A stretch of DNA of 61,397 nt from a virus (Duplodnaviria > Caudoviricetes): the IMG/VR virus record IMGVR_UViG_3300017971_000306, positions 1 through 61,397 of that record; one strand, given 5' to 3'. Below are positions 36,887 through 46,143 of this stretch, in pieces (within the stretch, counting starts at the first letter, position 1; the number at the start of each line of letters is the position of its first letter). The notes under the pieces were generated by a model that was not told the origin of the DNA, ran no database searches, and saw only the letters and a list, made by a program, of their open reading frames with translations. The translations under genes and the position numbers were made by a program.

Positions 36887-38001
36887 ATATCAGCAAGGCC
36901 AAGTTTGGTTCCATTGTAGGATGGCGGGGGGATAGCCTCTGCTGTCCACAGGCTTTCGGGGGAGATTGCTATGGGGGATGCAGTTGCGGGTGTTGGTGGT
37001 GCTTCTGTCGGGAGATGGAGGAGGAGATGTTCACCAAATACTACACTGGCTGGCACCGGGATCTCGTCAGGCCAGCTAGCCCGGAGGACTTCAAAAAGCT
37101 GTTCGACAAAATGCACTCTGACAAGCCCACCAAGAATTGGGAAGTCAAGTGCCTCCGGGAGGGCCTGCCCTTCAACATGGGCTCCAAGGCCGAGACATTC
37201 TGTTTGGAGGACCTGAATGACAGTGTAGTGATCCCAATTCTGGAGTTGTTCCGGGAGGCCGGGGTGCCTCTGATCCTTGAGACCAAAACCCATTATGTGG
37301 GGCTGGAGCGGTACATGGACGTGCTCAAGGATCTCGACTGCGCCGTGATCGTGGCAATCATGGGAGGATCGGACACGCTCAACTACAAGCTGGAGCCCGG
37401 GGTGCCTATGGCCTCGGCTCGGTGGTATCTCGTGGAACAGCTGAACAAGCGGGGGATCTGGACCGGGGTGCGGTGGGAGCCTGTCATGGCCACCATCAAC
37501 GACAAGCAGGCCATGTTTGAGCAATACGCTGAGATGTGTGTCAGGACCGGGGCCAAGCATGCCTCCATATTCAACTACAGGACCAGCCTGCCTCGGAGGG
37601 GCCAAGAGGAGTTTGAGAAGCGTGGCATCAACTACATCAGGATGCTGGAGGGCAATCTGGATGAGAAGTGGCGGCCCAAGGGACAGGCCCTGATCCAAGC
37701 CCTCAAGGACCGGGGTGTCAAAGTGTCCTCCCCTGACTTTGTGAACTTCCCCTTTGGGAATGCGTGCGAAAGCTGTTGTGGGGTAGATGGGCTGTTCAAG
37801 CCCTATCAGTTCACCTTTCAGCACGCCTGCAAACGGATCGAGGAGGAGGGCTCAGTGTGCTGGGATGATATGGAGGAGATCACCTTCAGAGAGCCCAAGG
37901 CCTATGAGCGGATGAAGGAGCACTGGAATGGCGGGGGGCAGTACTATTACTGGACGACAGCCCCGAGATCAAGGTGCTGGACCGGGACAAGCAGGGCATG
38001 A
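36868..38001 (+). CDS. Radical SAM enzyme 1 (SPL/SplB-like); true C-terminus may lie in the -1 frame ending at 38051
   Basis: CSCGCWWC (CxxxCxxC), ILETK, LEPG...ARW, VRWEPV, CESCCG. Confidence 0.85.
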   Translation: MAKDKVNISKAKFGSIVGWRGDSLCCPQAFGGDCYGGCSCGCWWCFCREMEEEMFTKYYTGWHRDLVRPASPEDFKKLFDKMHSDKPTKNWEVKCLREGLPFNMGSKAETFCLEDLNDSVVIPILELFREAGVPLILETKTHYVGLERYMDVLKDLDCAVIVAIMGGSDTLNYKLEPGVPMASARWYLVEQLNKRGIWTGVRWEPVMATINDKQAMFEQYAEMCVRTGAKHASIFNYRTSLPRRGQEEFEKRGINYIRMLEGNLDEKWRPKGQALIQALKDRGVKVSSPDFVNFPFGNACESCCGVDGLFKPYQFTFQHACKRIEEEGSVCWDDMEEITFREPKAYERMKEHWNGGGQYYYWTTAPRSRCWTGTSRA

Positions 38002-38044
38002 AGATATATGGCAGGAAAAACCCAGAGGAAAAGGAGGGGCTGAT

Positions 38045-38515
38045 ATGGTAGCAGATGAGCATTGGATGTTGGGGCCACACAGATTGTCCTTCATCCCGGA
38101 GGACACACTGGAGATGAAGGCCGTGCCTGCGGCTCATGTAATCGAGTTGGTGGGGAAGGCTTGGCCGGGGGAGGCCGTGTTCATATCCCGGAAGCCCATC
38201 AATCATGAGGCTCAATTGATACACAAGGAGACATGCGAGGTCATAGCCTCGTGGGGCTCCAACCGGGAGGCCTTCATACAGCTGTGGGAGGATGCCCGGG
38301 AGGGGAGGCCCCTGCTTCACTCTGAGAGCCTCCGGGTGGCGCAGTTTGGCGATTACAGGAAGGCCCAGCTGGCCTTGTTGGAGGACAAGATCAATCACAT
38401 ACTGGCCGAGGGCCGGGAGTGGTTATTGGAGGGTGAAATGTTCCAGCTGACGCAGTCAGGGGTGGAGCTCAAAATGGTGATCAAAGAAGATGAAGCACCC
38501 GTGCCCTCTTCATGA
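38045..38515 (+). CDS. Hypothetical protein
   Basis: AAGGAGG RBS then MVADEHW. Confidence 0.6.
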   Translation: MVADEHWMLGPHRLSFIPEDTLEMKAVPAAHVIELVGKAWPGEAVFISRKPINHEAQLIHKETCEVIASWGSNREAFIQLWEDAREGRPLLHSESLRVAQFGDYRKAQLALLEDKINHILAEGREWLLEGEMFQLTQSGVELKMVIKEDEAPVPSS

Positions 38516-38593
38516 CACGCTAACATGCCGCTTGACCATCCTCGGATATCATCTGAGGGTGCTCAAGTTGGCTATCCGGGAGGAGTTGCCGAG

Positions 38594-40003
38594 ATGGCTG
38601 AGATGGATTATTGGACGCTGAGAAAGAATGTCAGCAAGATCGTGCCCCGCATGACACAGCTATTCCGGGAGCGCAAGAAGGTCCGGGCTGTCAGAGAGAA
38701 GGGCCGCAAGAGCGGCTACAAGCAGTACAATCTCCGGACCCGGGAGTGGGTCAAACAGGAGCGGCTACTGAACACCGAGGAGGTCAACAGCTTTGCGGAG
38801 ATCTCTGTCAGGGCTCAGGCCTGTCCGATGCCCCTCAACCTCGATGTCTGGGATGGACTGATCTGTCCATTTGCTTGTAAGTATTGCTATGCCAATGCCT
38901 TCCGGGCTAGCCTGTACACGGCCTTTTTCGACAACAGCAAGACAATGGGCTTCCGGCACTGCAACCCAAGCTATTACAAGGGTGAGCTGGACAAGCTGAT
39001 GAAGCACCGGGGGAAGGACCCGCAGAGCGTGCCACAGGACGTGCCCCGGGCTATCGCAATGGAGATCCCCATGAGGCTCGGGATCAGGTTTGAAGACTTC
39101 CTGCGCAATGAGGAAAAGGAGGGGATCAGCTTGGAGTTGTTGCGCTATCTAGCCCAAGAGGACTATCCAGTGATGATCAATACCAAATCGGATCTCGTGG
39201 GCCATGAGGACTATCTGGAGGCACTGGGCTCCAACGAGGGGAGGACAGCTGTCCACGTCACGGTGATCTCCTCCAATGACCAGATCCTCAAGACACTGGA
39301 GCCGGGAGCCCCGCCATTTGACAAGCGGGTGGAAGCCTGCGAAAGGCTGGCCGGGGCCGGGGTGCGACCTGTGGCCCGGATCGAGCCATATTTGGTGTTC
39401 CTGTGCGACAGCCCGGATGAGGTGGAGGAGTACATGGAGAGGATGTGGGAGGCCGGGGTGCGGCATATCACGTTTGATACATACAGCTACACCGCTCACA
39501 ACCCGGGGATCAGACAGGACTTCATCAACTGCGGGGTGGACTTTGAGCGGCTGTTTCTGCTGGGGTGCGACAGTCAGGGCCTCGGGAGCCTCCTGCTGGG
39601 CAAGTTTATGGAGTTGTTCCGGGAGAGGGGCTTCAGCTGTAGCACTTTCGATATTGGCAATGCGGCCTCCAATTCCCAGACCATCTGCTGTGAGGTTGGG
39701 GACTGGTTTCAGGGGGGATGGAATTATGGGTGCACGGTCATAGCGGCCCGATTCATCAAGAGCCGGGGAACACAGCCCACCCGCTGGAAGGATTTTGTTG
39801 AGCATGTCGAGGAGCATGGGGGCTTCCTGAGTGAGGCCCTGAGGATGGACGTTCACAGGCTCTGGAATGTCGAGGGCAACGAGGCCTATGCCTCCAACTG
39901 GTGTCAGGGGATCGAGCCTGTGGGGGCCGATGAGGATGGGATTGTCTGGCACTATCTGGAGGGGGATGACTTCCGGGAGCGGCTATTGGAGGAGTGTTTA
40001 TGA
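38594..40003 (+). CDS. Radical SAM enzyme 2 (SPL/SplB-like)
   Basis: CPFACKYCYA, MINTKS, LEPGAPPFDKR, ARIEPY, ICCEVG. Confidence 0.88.
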   Translation: MAEMDYWTLRKNVSKIVPRMTQLFRERKKVRAVREKGRKSGYKQYNLRTREWVKQERLLNTEEVNSFAEISVRAQACPMPLNLDVWDGLICPFACKYCYANAFRASLYTAFFDNSKTMGFRHCNPSYYKGELDKLMKHRGKDPQSVPQDVPRAIAMEIPMRLGIRFEDFLRNEEKEGISLELLRYLAQEDYPVMINTKSDLVGHEDYLEALGSNEGRTAVHVTVISSNDQILKTLEPGAPPFDKRVEACERLAGAGVRPVARIEPYLVFLCDSPDEVEEYMERMWEAGVRHITFDTYSYTAHNPGIRQDFINCGVDFERLFLLGCDSQGLGSLLLGKFMELFRERGFSCSTFDIGNAASNSQTICCEVGDWFQGGWNYGCTVIAARFIKSRGTQPTRWKDFVEHVEEHGGFLSEALRMDVHRLWNVEGNEAYASNWCQGIEPVGADEDGIVWHYLEGDDFRERLLEECL

Positions 40004-40302
40004 GTGAGGACCTGAAAGACATCAGTGACGGAATGAAGGTGGATTTCACCGAGTGCGCTGAGTGCGCCGCAAAGCCCGGGACCCCTTCCCTGTGTCCCAG
40101 CTGTATCGCCAACCGGGACATGATCTACACCCTCAAGGAGGCCGTGGTCAAGGGCTCCAAGGCCCTGCGCTTCATAGCCGGGGTGCTGGAGGAGGGAACA
40201 GCCCGGGGAAGGCCAATGGACCTGATCCTGAAAGGTGACTGGGACAAGTGGTGGGAAAAGGTCAAGGCCTTCCGGGATATCATGGAGGGCCTACACCGAT
40301 GA
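40000..40302 (+). CDS. Small Zn-finger protein
   Basis: CAEC...CPSC; ATGA-coupled. Confidence 0.6.
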   Translation: MSEDLKDISDGMKVDFTECAECAAKPGTPSLCPSCIANRDMIYTLKEAVVKGSKALRFIAGVLEEGTARGRPMDLILKGDWDKWWEKVKAFRDIMEGLHR

Positions 40303-40490
40303 TAACAGACACTTCCAAGATGCCGTTTGGCAAGTACAGAGGCACCCCCATGTCCGAGGTCCCGGACAGCTACCTTGTTTGGTTCTATGGGCAGGATGAT
40401 GCCAAGGCTAGCCAGCCCGAGGTCTATCAGTACATTGTGGACAACGCCCATCTGTTCCCGGATCTGATCTTGAGGAGGGAGGACCGATGA
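40299..40490 (+). CDS. DUF3820-like small protein
   Basis: MPFGKYRGTPMSEVPDSYLVW signature. Confidence 0.8.
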   Translation: MITDTSKMPFGKYRGTPMSEVPDSYLVWFYGQDDAKASQPEVYQYIVDNAHLFPDLILRREDR

Positions 40491-40702
40491 GCCAAGGAAC
40501 AGCCTGCCAGTGTCCTGAGAGAGAAAAGCCCGTCAAGGAGAGGGCTTGGGTGGTCTGGATGCGGAGATGCAACTACAGTGCTTTCAACGGCTACCATTAC
40601 ACCCCCAGCGACTATTCCGCTGTCAAGTGTAGGGCTTGCGGAGCCAACTGGAGGACCAATGCTCAGTTTGTGGATGATTTGAAAGATGGAGAATTGAGAT
40701 GA
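40487..40702 (+). CDS. Small Cys-containing protein
   Basis: CQC...CRACG; ATGA-coupled. Confidence 0.65.
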   Translation: MSQGTACQCPEREKPVKERAWVVWMRRCNYSAFNGYHYTPSDYSAVKCRACGANWRTNAQFVDDLKDGELR

Positions 40703-41004
40703 GCGGTGGATCTTTTGACTATTTGTGTCACAAGGAATTGGACTATTTCATGTGTACAGAGCGGGGTCTGGATGAGATGATTTGCGCTCTGGCAGAGTTG
40801 GGATATGCTGAGGATGCGGCTGTTGCCACCCAGCAATTCCTTCTGGACCTCCGGAAGGCCAAAGTCAGGCTGGAAGCATCCCTGTCTGATCTCCAGCCCG
40901 TATGGAAAGCAATTGAGTGGTGGAAGTCATGCGACACTTCCGAGGATGCGTTCAAGAAAGCACTAGCAAAGTGGAGAGGAGAAACAGATGAGTCAAGTGA
41001 GTAA
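40699..41004 (+). CDS. Hypothetical protein (MSGGSFDYL type)
   Basis: Common phage N-terminus; coupled. Confidence 0.7.
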   Translation: MSGGSFDYLCHKELDYFMCTERGLDEMICALAELGYAEDAAVATQQFLLDLRKAKVRLEASLSDLQPVWKAIEWWKSCDTSEDAFKKALAKWRGETDESSE

Positions 41005-41824
41005 CAGGGTGGAGGAGATCTTTGCCCACGCAGTGGCGATGGATCAGGCCGGGAGGCTCCGCAGTACCATTTACGTGATTGACCGGGAGGTGTACATCAT
41101 CAATCAGGACAACACGGTGTTCCTGCGGTTCAAGCTCAGGGAGAGTGAGAAGCCCTTTGAGGAGCCTGTCAGCTTCCGGGCCAATGACTATGACTCCCGG
41201 GCCTTCCGGGAGGAGGGTGGCAAGATTGTGTTTGAGACTGAGGCCAATGGCTTCATCCGGACCAAGACCTGCGGCACCCCAGACGCTGACCCGGAGGAGA
41301 TCCGGGACATGTTCAAGAAGTTCAAGCCCGTCAAGGTCAACAAGGTCAAGCTGAGCCGGGACATCCTCCCACTTCTGGAGGAGGGCCTGAGCCACATCGA
41401 GATCCGGGCCGAGGAGGGGGAGATCAAGTTTGTTCAGCGCAACATCTACTCGGGTGCGGTGATCGAGATCTCCCGGGCCGTTGACACTGGGGCTCTGGGG
41501 GTGGACAACCCCGATGAACTGGAGGAGGACTTTGGGCCGCTCGGCCTGCGCACAGGTGACTTCTCGGCCCTGTTTGCGTTCAATGATAATCTGGTGTTCA
41601 CCTTCCCACCCGAGGGGCAAGGTGACTACTGTTGTGTGAGAAGCAGGGACCCCAAAATGGCCATGGATGGGGTAGTGGCTTGTTGTGTGTATGATGAGCT
41701 GGGCCAGATCTCGGAGGTGAGCGATGGGAGGAAAGAGCAGAAAAAGCGGGGGAGTCAGCAAGGCTCTGATAAACAAACTGTCAAAGGGAAAGAACAAGTG
41801 CGGAAGCGGGTGCGCACCAAGTAA
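40988..41824 (+). CDS. Hypothetical protein, possibly sliding-clamp fold
   Basis: 278 aa with an alternating helix/strand pattern reminiscent of clamp domains; weak call. Confidence 0.5.
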   Translation: MSQVSNRVEEIFAHAVAMDQAGRLRSTIYVIDREVYIINQDNTVFLRFKLRESEKPFEEPVSFRANDYDSRAFREEGGKIVFETEANGFIRTKTCGTPDADPEEIRDMFKKFKPVKVNKVKLSRDILPLLEEGLSHIEIRAEEGEIKFVQRNIYSGAVIEISRAVDTGALGVDNPDELEEDFGPLGLRTGDFSALFAFNDNLVFTFPPEGQGDYCCVRSRDPKMAMDGVVACCVYDELGQISEVSDGRKEQKKRGSQQGSDKQTVKGKEQVRKRVRTK

Positions 41825-41847
41825 CAAACAGAAGCGGGGGAAGGGAT

Positions 41848-42663
41848 TTGATCTGCTATCTGAACAATCTGAAGGCGCAGGGGATTGACCCCAATTTCTG
41901 GTGCTCGGAGGAGTATGCCGGCAAGGCAGGCCTGATTGAGCGCAAGATCCGGGATGGCGGGACCGTCAGAGTGCTTGATCCTGCCACGGGATGGGATGTC
42001 CTGCCACCGATCCACCCCACTGATGGGTATAGTCATGGGTGGAAGGGTCCGGAGCGCATCTGGAGTGATTTTGAGGGCTACAACCCGGAGGGCTACAACA
42101 AGCACTTTCTTGATTATGAGTACATCTATGACCCCCGGGCTTTCACTGACATGAGCGGGGGCAAATGGATGGTGTTTCGCAAGAACAGCCGCAAGTGGCC
42201 CCGGAGGCACGGACACGCTGGCAGTTACATGTCAGTGGAGTTTGCCGCCCCAGAGCGGTGGGAGATCGAGGAGTTGCTTGTGAGCTGGCTCGGGACCCTG
42301 CCAGAGGATGGAGAGGTGCATGATGACGAGGTCATGCTGAAATATGCCTTTGAGGGGGAACACCGAGTGTGTCTGTGGGACAAGGACACCAAGCTGATCG
42401 GGATGAACGTCTGGGACAGCAACTGGAGGTTCAACAATTTCCGGTACAGCATATGCCAGCCCCAACCCTTTCTGGCCGAGTACATGAGGCTGTTGTTCTA
42501 CACTCAACCCGAGATCCTTGCCGGGGCCCAGAATGGGAAGCTGGTGAATGATGGAGGGATCTTGGACAGGCCGAGCCTCAAGACATTCAAGGACAAGATG
42601 AACCCGCTCAGGGTCCGGAAGGTCCACAGCTGGCAGGCCGCTGTCGAGGGGGATGAGGCATGA
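41848..42663 (+). CDS. DUF2156/MprF-C/Fem-like GNAT-fold protein (putative aminoacyl-tRNA-dependent transferase)
   Basis: DYEYIYDPRAFTDMSGGKWMVFRKNSRKW and LVNDGGILDRPSLKTFKDKMNP resemble the two conserved DUF2156 blocks. Confidence 0.65.
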   Translation: MICYLNNLKAQGIDPNFWCSEEYAGKAGLIERKIRDGGTVRVLDPATGWDVLPPIHPTDGYSHGWKGPERIWSDFEGYNPEGYNKHFLDYEYIYDPRAFTDMSGGKWMVFRKNSRKWPRRHGHAGSYMSVEFAAPERWEIEELLVSWLGTLPEDGEVHDDEVMLKYAFEGEHRVCLWDKDTKLIGMNVWDSNWRFNNFRYSICQPQPFLAEYMRLLFYTQPEILAGAQNGKLVNDGGILDRPSLKTFKDKMNPLRVRKVHSWQAAVEGDEA

Positions 42664-42995
42664 GTGAACAGTGCCCGCTGATGGGAGAGTGCGGCTATGC
42701 TACAGGCTACCCGCTGTGCTCATATCGGGAGTATTGGGAAGGGGCCGCATGCTATTTGGGAGTCAAGCTGAAAAGGGCCGAGGCCCGCATCATAGAATTG
42801 GAGGCCAAGCTGTATGAGCAAGCGGAAGAAAAAGCGCAAGAAGAAACACAAACCGCTTCCGGAGGTCCCGGGAGCCAAACTGCCAGACTTCCAGACAGAG
42901 TATCTGACCCAAGTATGGACAGAGAAGCCGCTGGAGGGCCGGGAGTTGATTCAACTGAATCTGGAACAGCAACGCAAAAAGGAGGAGAGCAATGA
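42660..42995 (+). CDS. Hypothetical protein
   Basis: ATGA overlaps at both ends. Confidence 0.55.
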   Translation: MSEQCPLMGECGYATGYPLCSYREYWEGAACYLGVKLKRAEARIIELEAKLYEQAEEKAQEETQTASGGPGSQTARLPDRVSDPSMDREAAGGPGVDSTESGTATQKGGEQ

Positions 42996-44008
42996 AGGTA
43001 CAACGGGAAAAGCTATTGGAAACACTGGGGAAGGTCCAGCCGGGGCTAGCCGGGAAAACAGAGGTGATCGAGCAGAGCCAGTCATTTGTGTTCCTGAAGG
43101 ATCGGGTGGTGACGTACAATGACGAGATCGCAGTCAGTGCGCCGCTCAAGTCAGGGATCGAGGGTGCTGTCAAGGGGGATGAGCTCATCAAACTCCTCAG
43201 CAAGCTGAAGGATGAGGGCCTTGAGCTGGAGCCGGGGGAGGGTGAACTGCTCCTCAAAGGCAAAAAGGTCCGGTCAGGCATCCGCATGGAAGCCGAGATC
43301 AGCCTGCCACTGGAGGAGATCCAGCCCCCAGAGGACTTCACCGAGGTCCCGGAGGCCTTCTGCGAGGGCCTGAAGTTTTGTATGTTCTCGGCCTCGACAG
43401 ACAAGGCCAAACCCATCTTGGGATGCCTCAAGATCGAGGGCCAGCACGTCCTGTCCTGTGACAACTACCGTCTGACCCGCTATGACATGGGGAAGAAAGC
43501 CGCTGATGCCTTCCCAGAGCCCCTTCTGCTCCCGGCTATCTCAGCCCGGGAGTTGCTGTCATACAAGCCCACTGAGTACGGCACGAGCCGGGGCTGGGTC
43601 CACTTCAACACGGAGGGTGGGGTGGTGTTCTCCTGCCGCACGTTTGAGGAGGCATACCCCAAAGTGGAGCACCTGCTGGACGTGGAGGGTGACACGGTTG
43701 AATTCCCTGCCAATATGAAGGCCATGCTCACCCGGGCCGAGATCTTCACTCAGGGGGAAGGCTCCAGTGACTCCCGGATCGAGGTTGCGCTGGAGGATGA
43801 CAAGATGATCCTGACGGGCCGGGGTGACTATGGTTGGCTCAAGGAGAGGGCCAAAGTGAAGCACGGGAAAGGCAAGGCCAAGTTCACAATCCACCCCCAA
43901 TTCCTGACAGACGTTTTGGACGTGCTCCGGGAGGTCCAGATTGGCTCCAACCGGATGAAGATGGAGGGGGACAATTTCATACATGTAGCTTGCCTTGTAG
44001 CGGGGTGA
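42992..44008 (+). CDS. DNA sliding clamp (Pol III beta-like)
   Basis: 338 aa; FSASTDKAKPIL, SCDNYRL, YPKVEHLL, PQFLTDVL motifs. Confidence 0.85.
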   Translation: MKVQREKLLETLGKVQPGLAGKTEVIEQSQSFVFLKDRVVTYNDEIAVSAPLKSGIEGAVKGDELIKLLSKLKDEGLELEPGEGELLLKGKKVRSGIRMEAEISLPLEEIQPPEDFTEVPEAFCEGLKFCMFSASTDKAKPILGCLKIEGQHVLSCDNYRLTRYDMGKKAADAFPEPLLLPAISARELLSYKPTEYGTSRGWVHFNTEGGVVFSCRTFEEAYPKVEHLLDVEGDTVEFPANMKAMLTRAEIFTQGEGSSDSRIEVALEDDKMILTGRGDYGWLKERAKVKHGKGKAKFTIHPQFLTDVLDVLREVQIGSNRMKMEGDNFIHVACLVAG

Positions 44009-44010
44009 TC

Positions 44011-44469
44011 ATGGCACAGCAAATGCCCAAGCCTGACAAACGTCTGGAAGTGTACCGGGATCAGATGACCCGGGAGTTGGTCCTGCCAGATGGGACCCGG
44101 ATCAGCGACACGGAGTTGATACGCATGACAGCAGAACAAGCAATGCGCAGGTTGGGGGAGGCTTTCCAAAAGGCCGGGATGACAGTACAGGAGGCCGGGG
44201 AAGCTATGGCCATGATGGCTCAGGCCTCCCCCTCTCTGGATTGGAGCAACCGCCACCTGTACAGTTGTTGTGCTCCGGCTCCGGAAGCAACCTGTCATGT
44301 CTTCACCGAGCCCACTGTGTTTGGAAAGGAGAATGCCGAGAGGATCATCAACACTGTGGAAAGGGCCGAGGACCCGGAGCCCGAGCCCGAGGGTGATCCA
44401 CGCTTCCCGGGCTACAACGCTTTCAAGAAAAAGTTGAAACAACAACAGGAGGAGGAAACAGATGAGTGA
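44011..44469 (+). CDS. Hypothetical protein
   Basis: Fills the gap in the operon; overlaps the next start. Confidence 0.55.
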   Translation: MAQQMPKPDKRLEVYRDQMTRELVLPDGTRISDTELIRMTAEQAMRRLGEAFQKAGMTVQEAGEAMAMMAQASPSLDWSNRHLYSCCAPAPEATCHVFTEPTVFGKENAERIINTVERAEDPEPEPEGDPRFPGYNAFKKKLKQQQEEETDE

Positions 44470-44929
44470 TGGACTGGAACAGGATGTATTGAAGGCAGTG
44501 GAGGAGCATCTGCCGGCACAGATCGGGAATGTGCTCAGGAAGCGGCTGGAGGAGGCCGAGGGCCTGAAGGCCAGACTGGAGGATTCAGAGGCCAAGAGAA
44601 TTGACATCAAGAAGAACATGGACCAATTCATTGCGGAGAATGATGAGCTCAAAGAGCTCAAGAACACCCGAGCCGCACTGGACCAGAAGGACAGGGAGTT
44701 GACAGACCGGGAGAAGGCCTGCGAGCACCGGGAGAAATGTTGCGAGATCCGGGAAGCCCACGCCACTGAGAAGGTGACGCTGGTCCGGGGAGTTGTACAG
44801 GACGTGTTCCGCAACAACGTCATCAAGACCTCCGTGTATGGAGGCCGGGATGTTCCAGATGGCAGGCCGGGGTATGAGGGAATGTCCAGCCGAGTCAACC
44901 ACGATGAAACGACAGAAGTGGAAGGCTGA
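44462..44929 (+). CDS. Coiled-coil hypothetical protein
   Basis: GGAGGAGG RBS; heptad pattern. Confidence 0.7.
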   Translation: MSDGLEQDVLKAVEEHLPAQIGNVLRKRLEEAEGLKARLEDSEAKRIDIKKNMDQFIAENDELKELKNTRAALDQKDRELTDREKACEHREKCCEIREAHATEKVTLVRGVVQDVFRNNVIKTSVYGGRDVPDGRPGYEGMSSRVNHDETTEVEG

Positions 44930-46143
44930 TGGAAGGCTTTTTCACCAAGGATGAATATGAGGTCTCAGCACCCCGGCGCAAGGTCCCGGGGTGCGGGGCC
45001 TGCAAGCTGAACCGCAAGTGCCTCAGCCCCAAGATGCCGGCAACCGGAGCAGGCCGCAAGCGCATCCTGATGTTTGCTGAGGCCCCGGGTGAGCTGGAGG
45101 ACCGCAGGAACACCCAGCTGATCGGGGATGCGGGTCAGGAGTTGAGGGAGGAGTTGGAACACCACCACATAGAATTGGACGTGGATTGCGTGAAGACCAA
45201 TGCCCTCATCTGTCGGCCTCCCAAGAACAGGACCCCCTCAGGCCGGGAGATCGAGTGTTGCCGCCCCAACCTGCTCAAGACCATCGAGCAGGTCCAGCCC
45301 AAGCTGATCATTCCCCTCGGGAAAGCCGCTGTCAATGCGCTGTATGGTCACCGCTTGAAGGAGGGCAACGAGGGGATTGGAAAGTGGAGGGGCTTCACAA
45401 TCCCGGATCGGGACCTCAATGCGTGGGTCTGCCCCACCCTTCACCCCAGCTACATTTTGAGACAGGATAGTGATGATGTGAGCCGTGTAATTTGGCGGCA
45501 GGATCTGGCCCGGGCCTTCCGGCTACTGGGCACGCCATTCCCTCCATGGCAGGAGCCACGAGAATGTGTCAGGGTGACACGGGACCCCTCCAAGGTGTCC
45601 AAATACCTTCACGGCCTGCTCTCACGTGATTCTGCCACCATAGCGTATGACTATGAAACCAGTGGAATCAAGCCCCACGCCCGGGGCCACCTCATCAGGA
45701 CAATAGGTGTCGCTGACAGTCCGGATCGGGCCTTTGCCTTCCCGGCTAGCCCGGAGATCATCCCTGTGTGGAAAAAGGTGCTGGCGGCTCCACACCTCCG
45801 GCTCATGGCCCAAGACATCAAGTATGAGGGGAAATGGTCCCGGGAGATCTTGGAGGTGATCCCGGCAGGGTGGCTGTGGGACACCATGCTCTGCTCCCAC
45901 GTGATAGACAACAGGCCGTATATCAACAGCCTCAAGTTTCAGGCCTTTGTCCGGTTTGGTCAGGGTGACTATTCCAGCCACCTGAATGAGTTCATGAGGA
46001 GCCAGACCGCCAACGACATGAACAGGATCGAGGAGGCCCCGCTGAAGGAGTTGCTCATTTACAATGCCATGGATGCTTTGCTGACCTTCCGGCTGGCACT
46101 CTGGCAGATGGAGGTATTGGGATTTGATAACAACAGCGACTAG
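44929..46143 (+). CDS. DNA polymerase subunit: family-4 uracil-DNA glycosylase domain + 3'-5' exonuclease
   Basis: CGACKL, FAEAPG, CRPPKNRTP, HPSYIL; then AYDYET (ExoI), DTML, YNAMDA (ExoIII). Confidence 0.9.
   Translation: MEGFFTKDEYEVSAPRRKVPGCGACKLNRKCLSPKMPATGAGRKRILMFAEAPGELEDRRNTQLIGDAGQELREELEHHHIELDVDCVKTNALICRPPKNRTPSGREIECCRPNLLKTIEQVQPKLIIPLGKAAVNALYGHRLKEGNEGIGKWRGFTIPDRDLNAWVCPTLHPSYILRQDSDDVSRVIWRQDLARAFRLLGTPFPPWQEPRECVRVTRDPSKVSKYLHGLLSRDSATIAYDYETSGIKPHARGHLIRTIGVADSPDRAFAFPASPEIIPVWKKVLAAPHLRLMAQDIKYEGKWSREILEVIPAGWLWDTMLCSHVIDNRPYINSLKFQAFVRFGQGDYSSHLNEFMRSQTANDMNRIEEAPLKELLIYNAMDALLTFRLALWQMEVLGFDNNSD

Noticed and set aside
36868-40003. Ordinary spore photoproduct lyase repair genes
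   Set aside because: Two divergent paralogues with extra Cys motifs beside DUF362 and GNAT genes fit a biosynthetic role better; repair remains a formal alternative.
42814-43122. Lys-rich ORF MSKRKKKRKKK
   Set aside because: It overlaps the clamp gene by about 130 nt, while 42660..42995 is coupled at both ends; not fully excluded.
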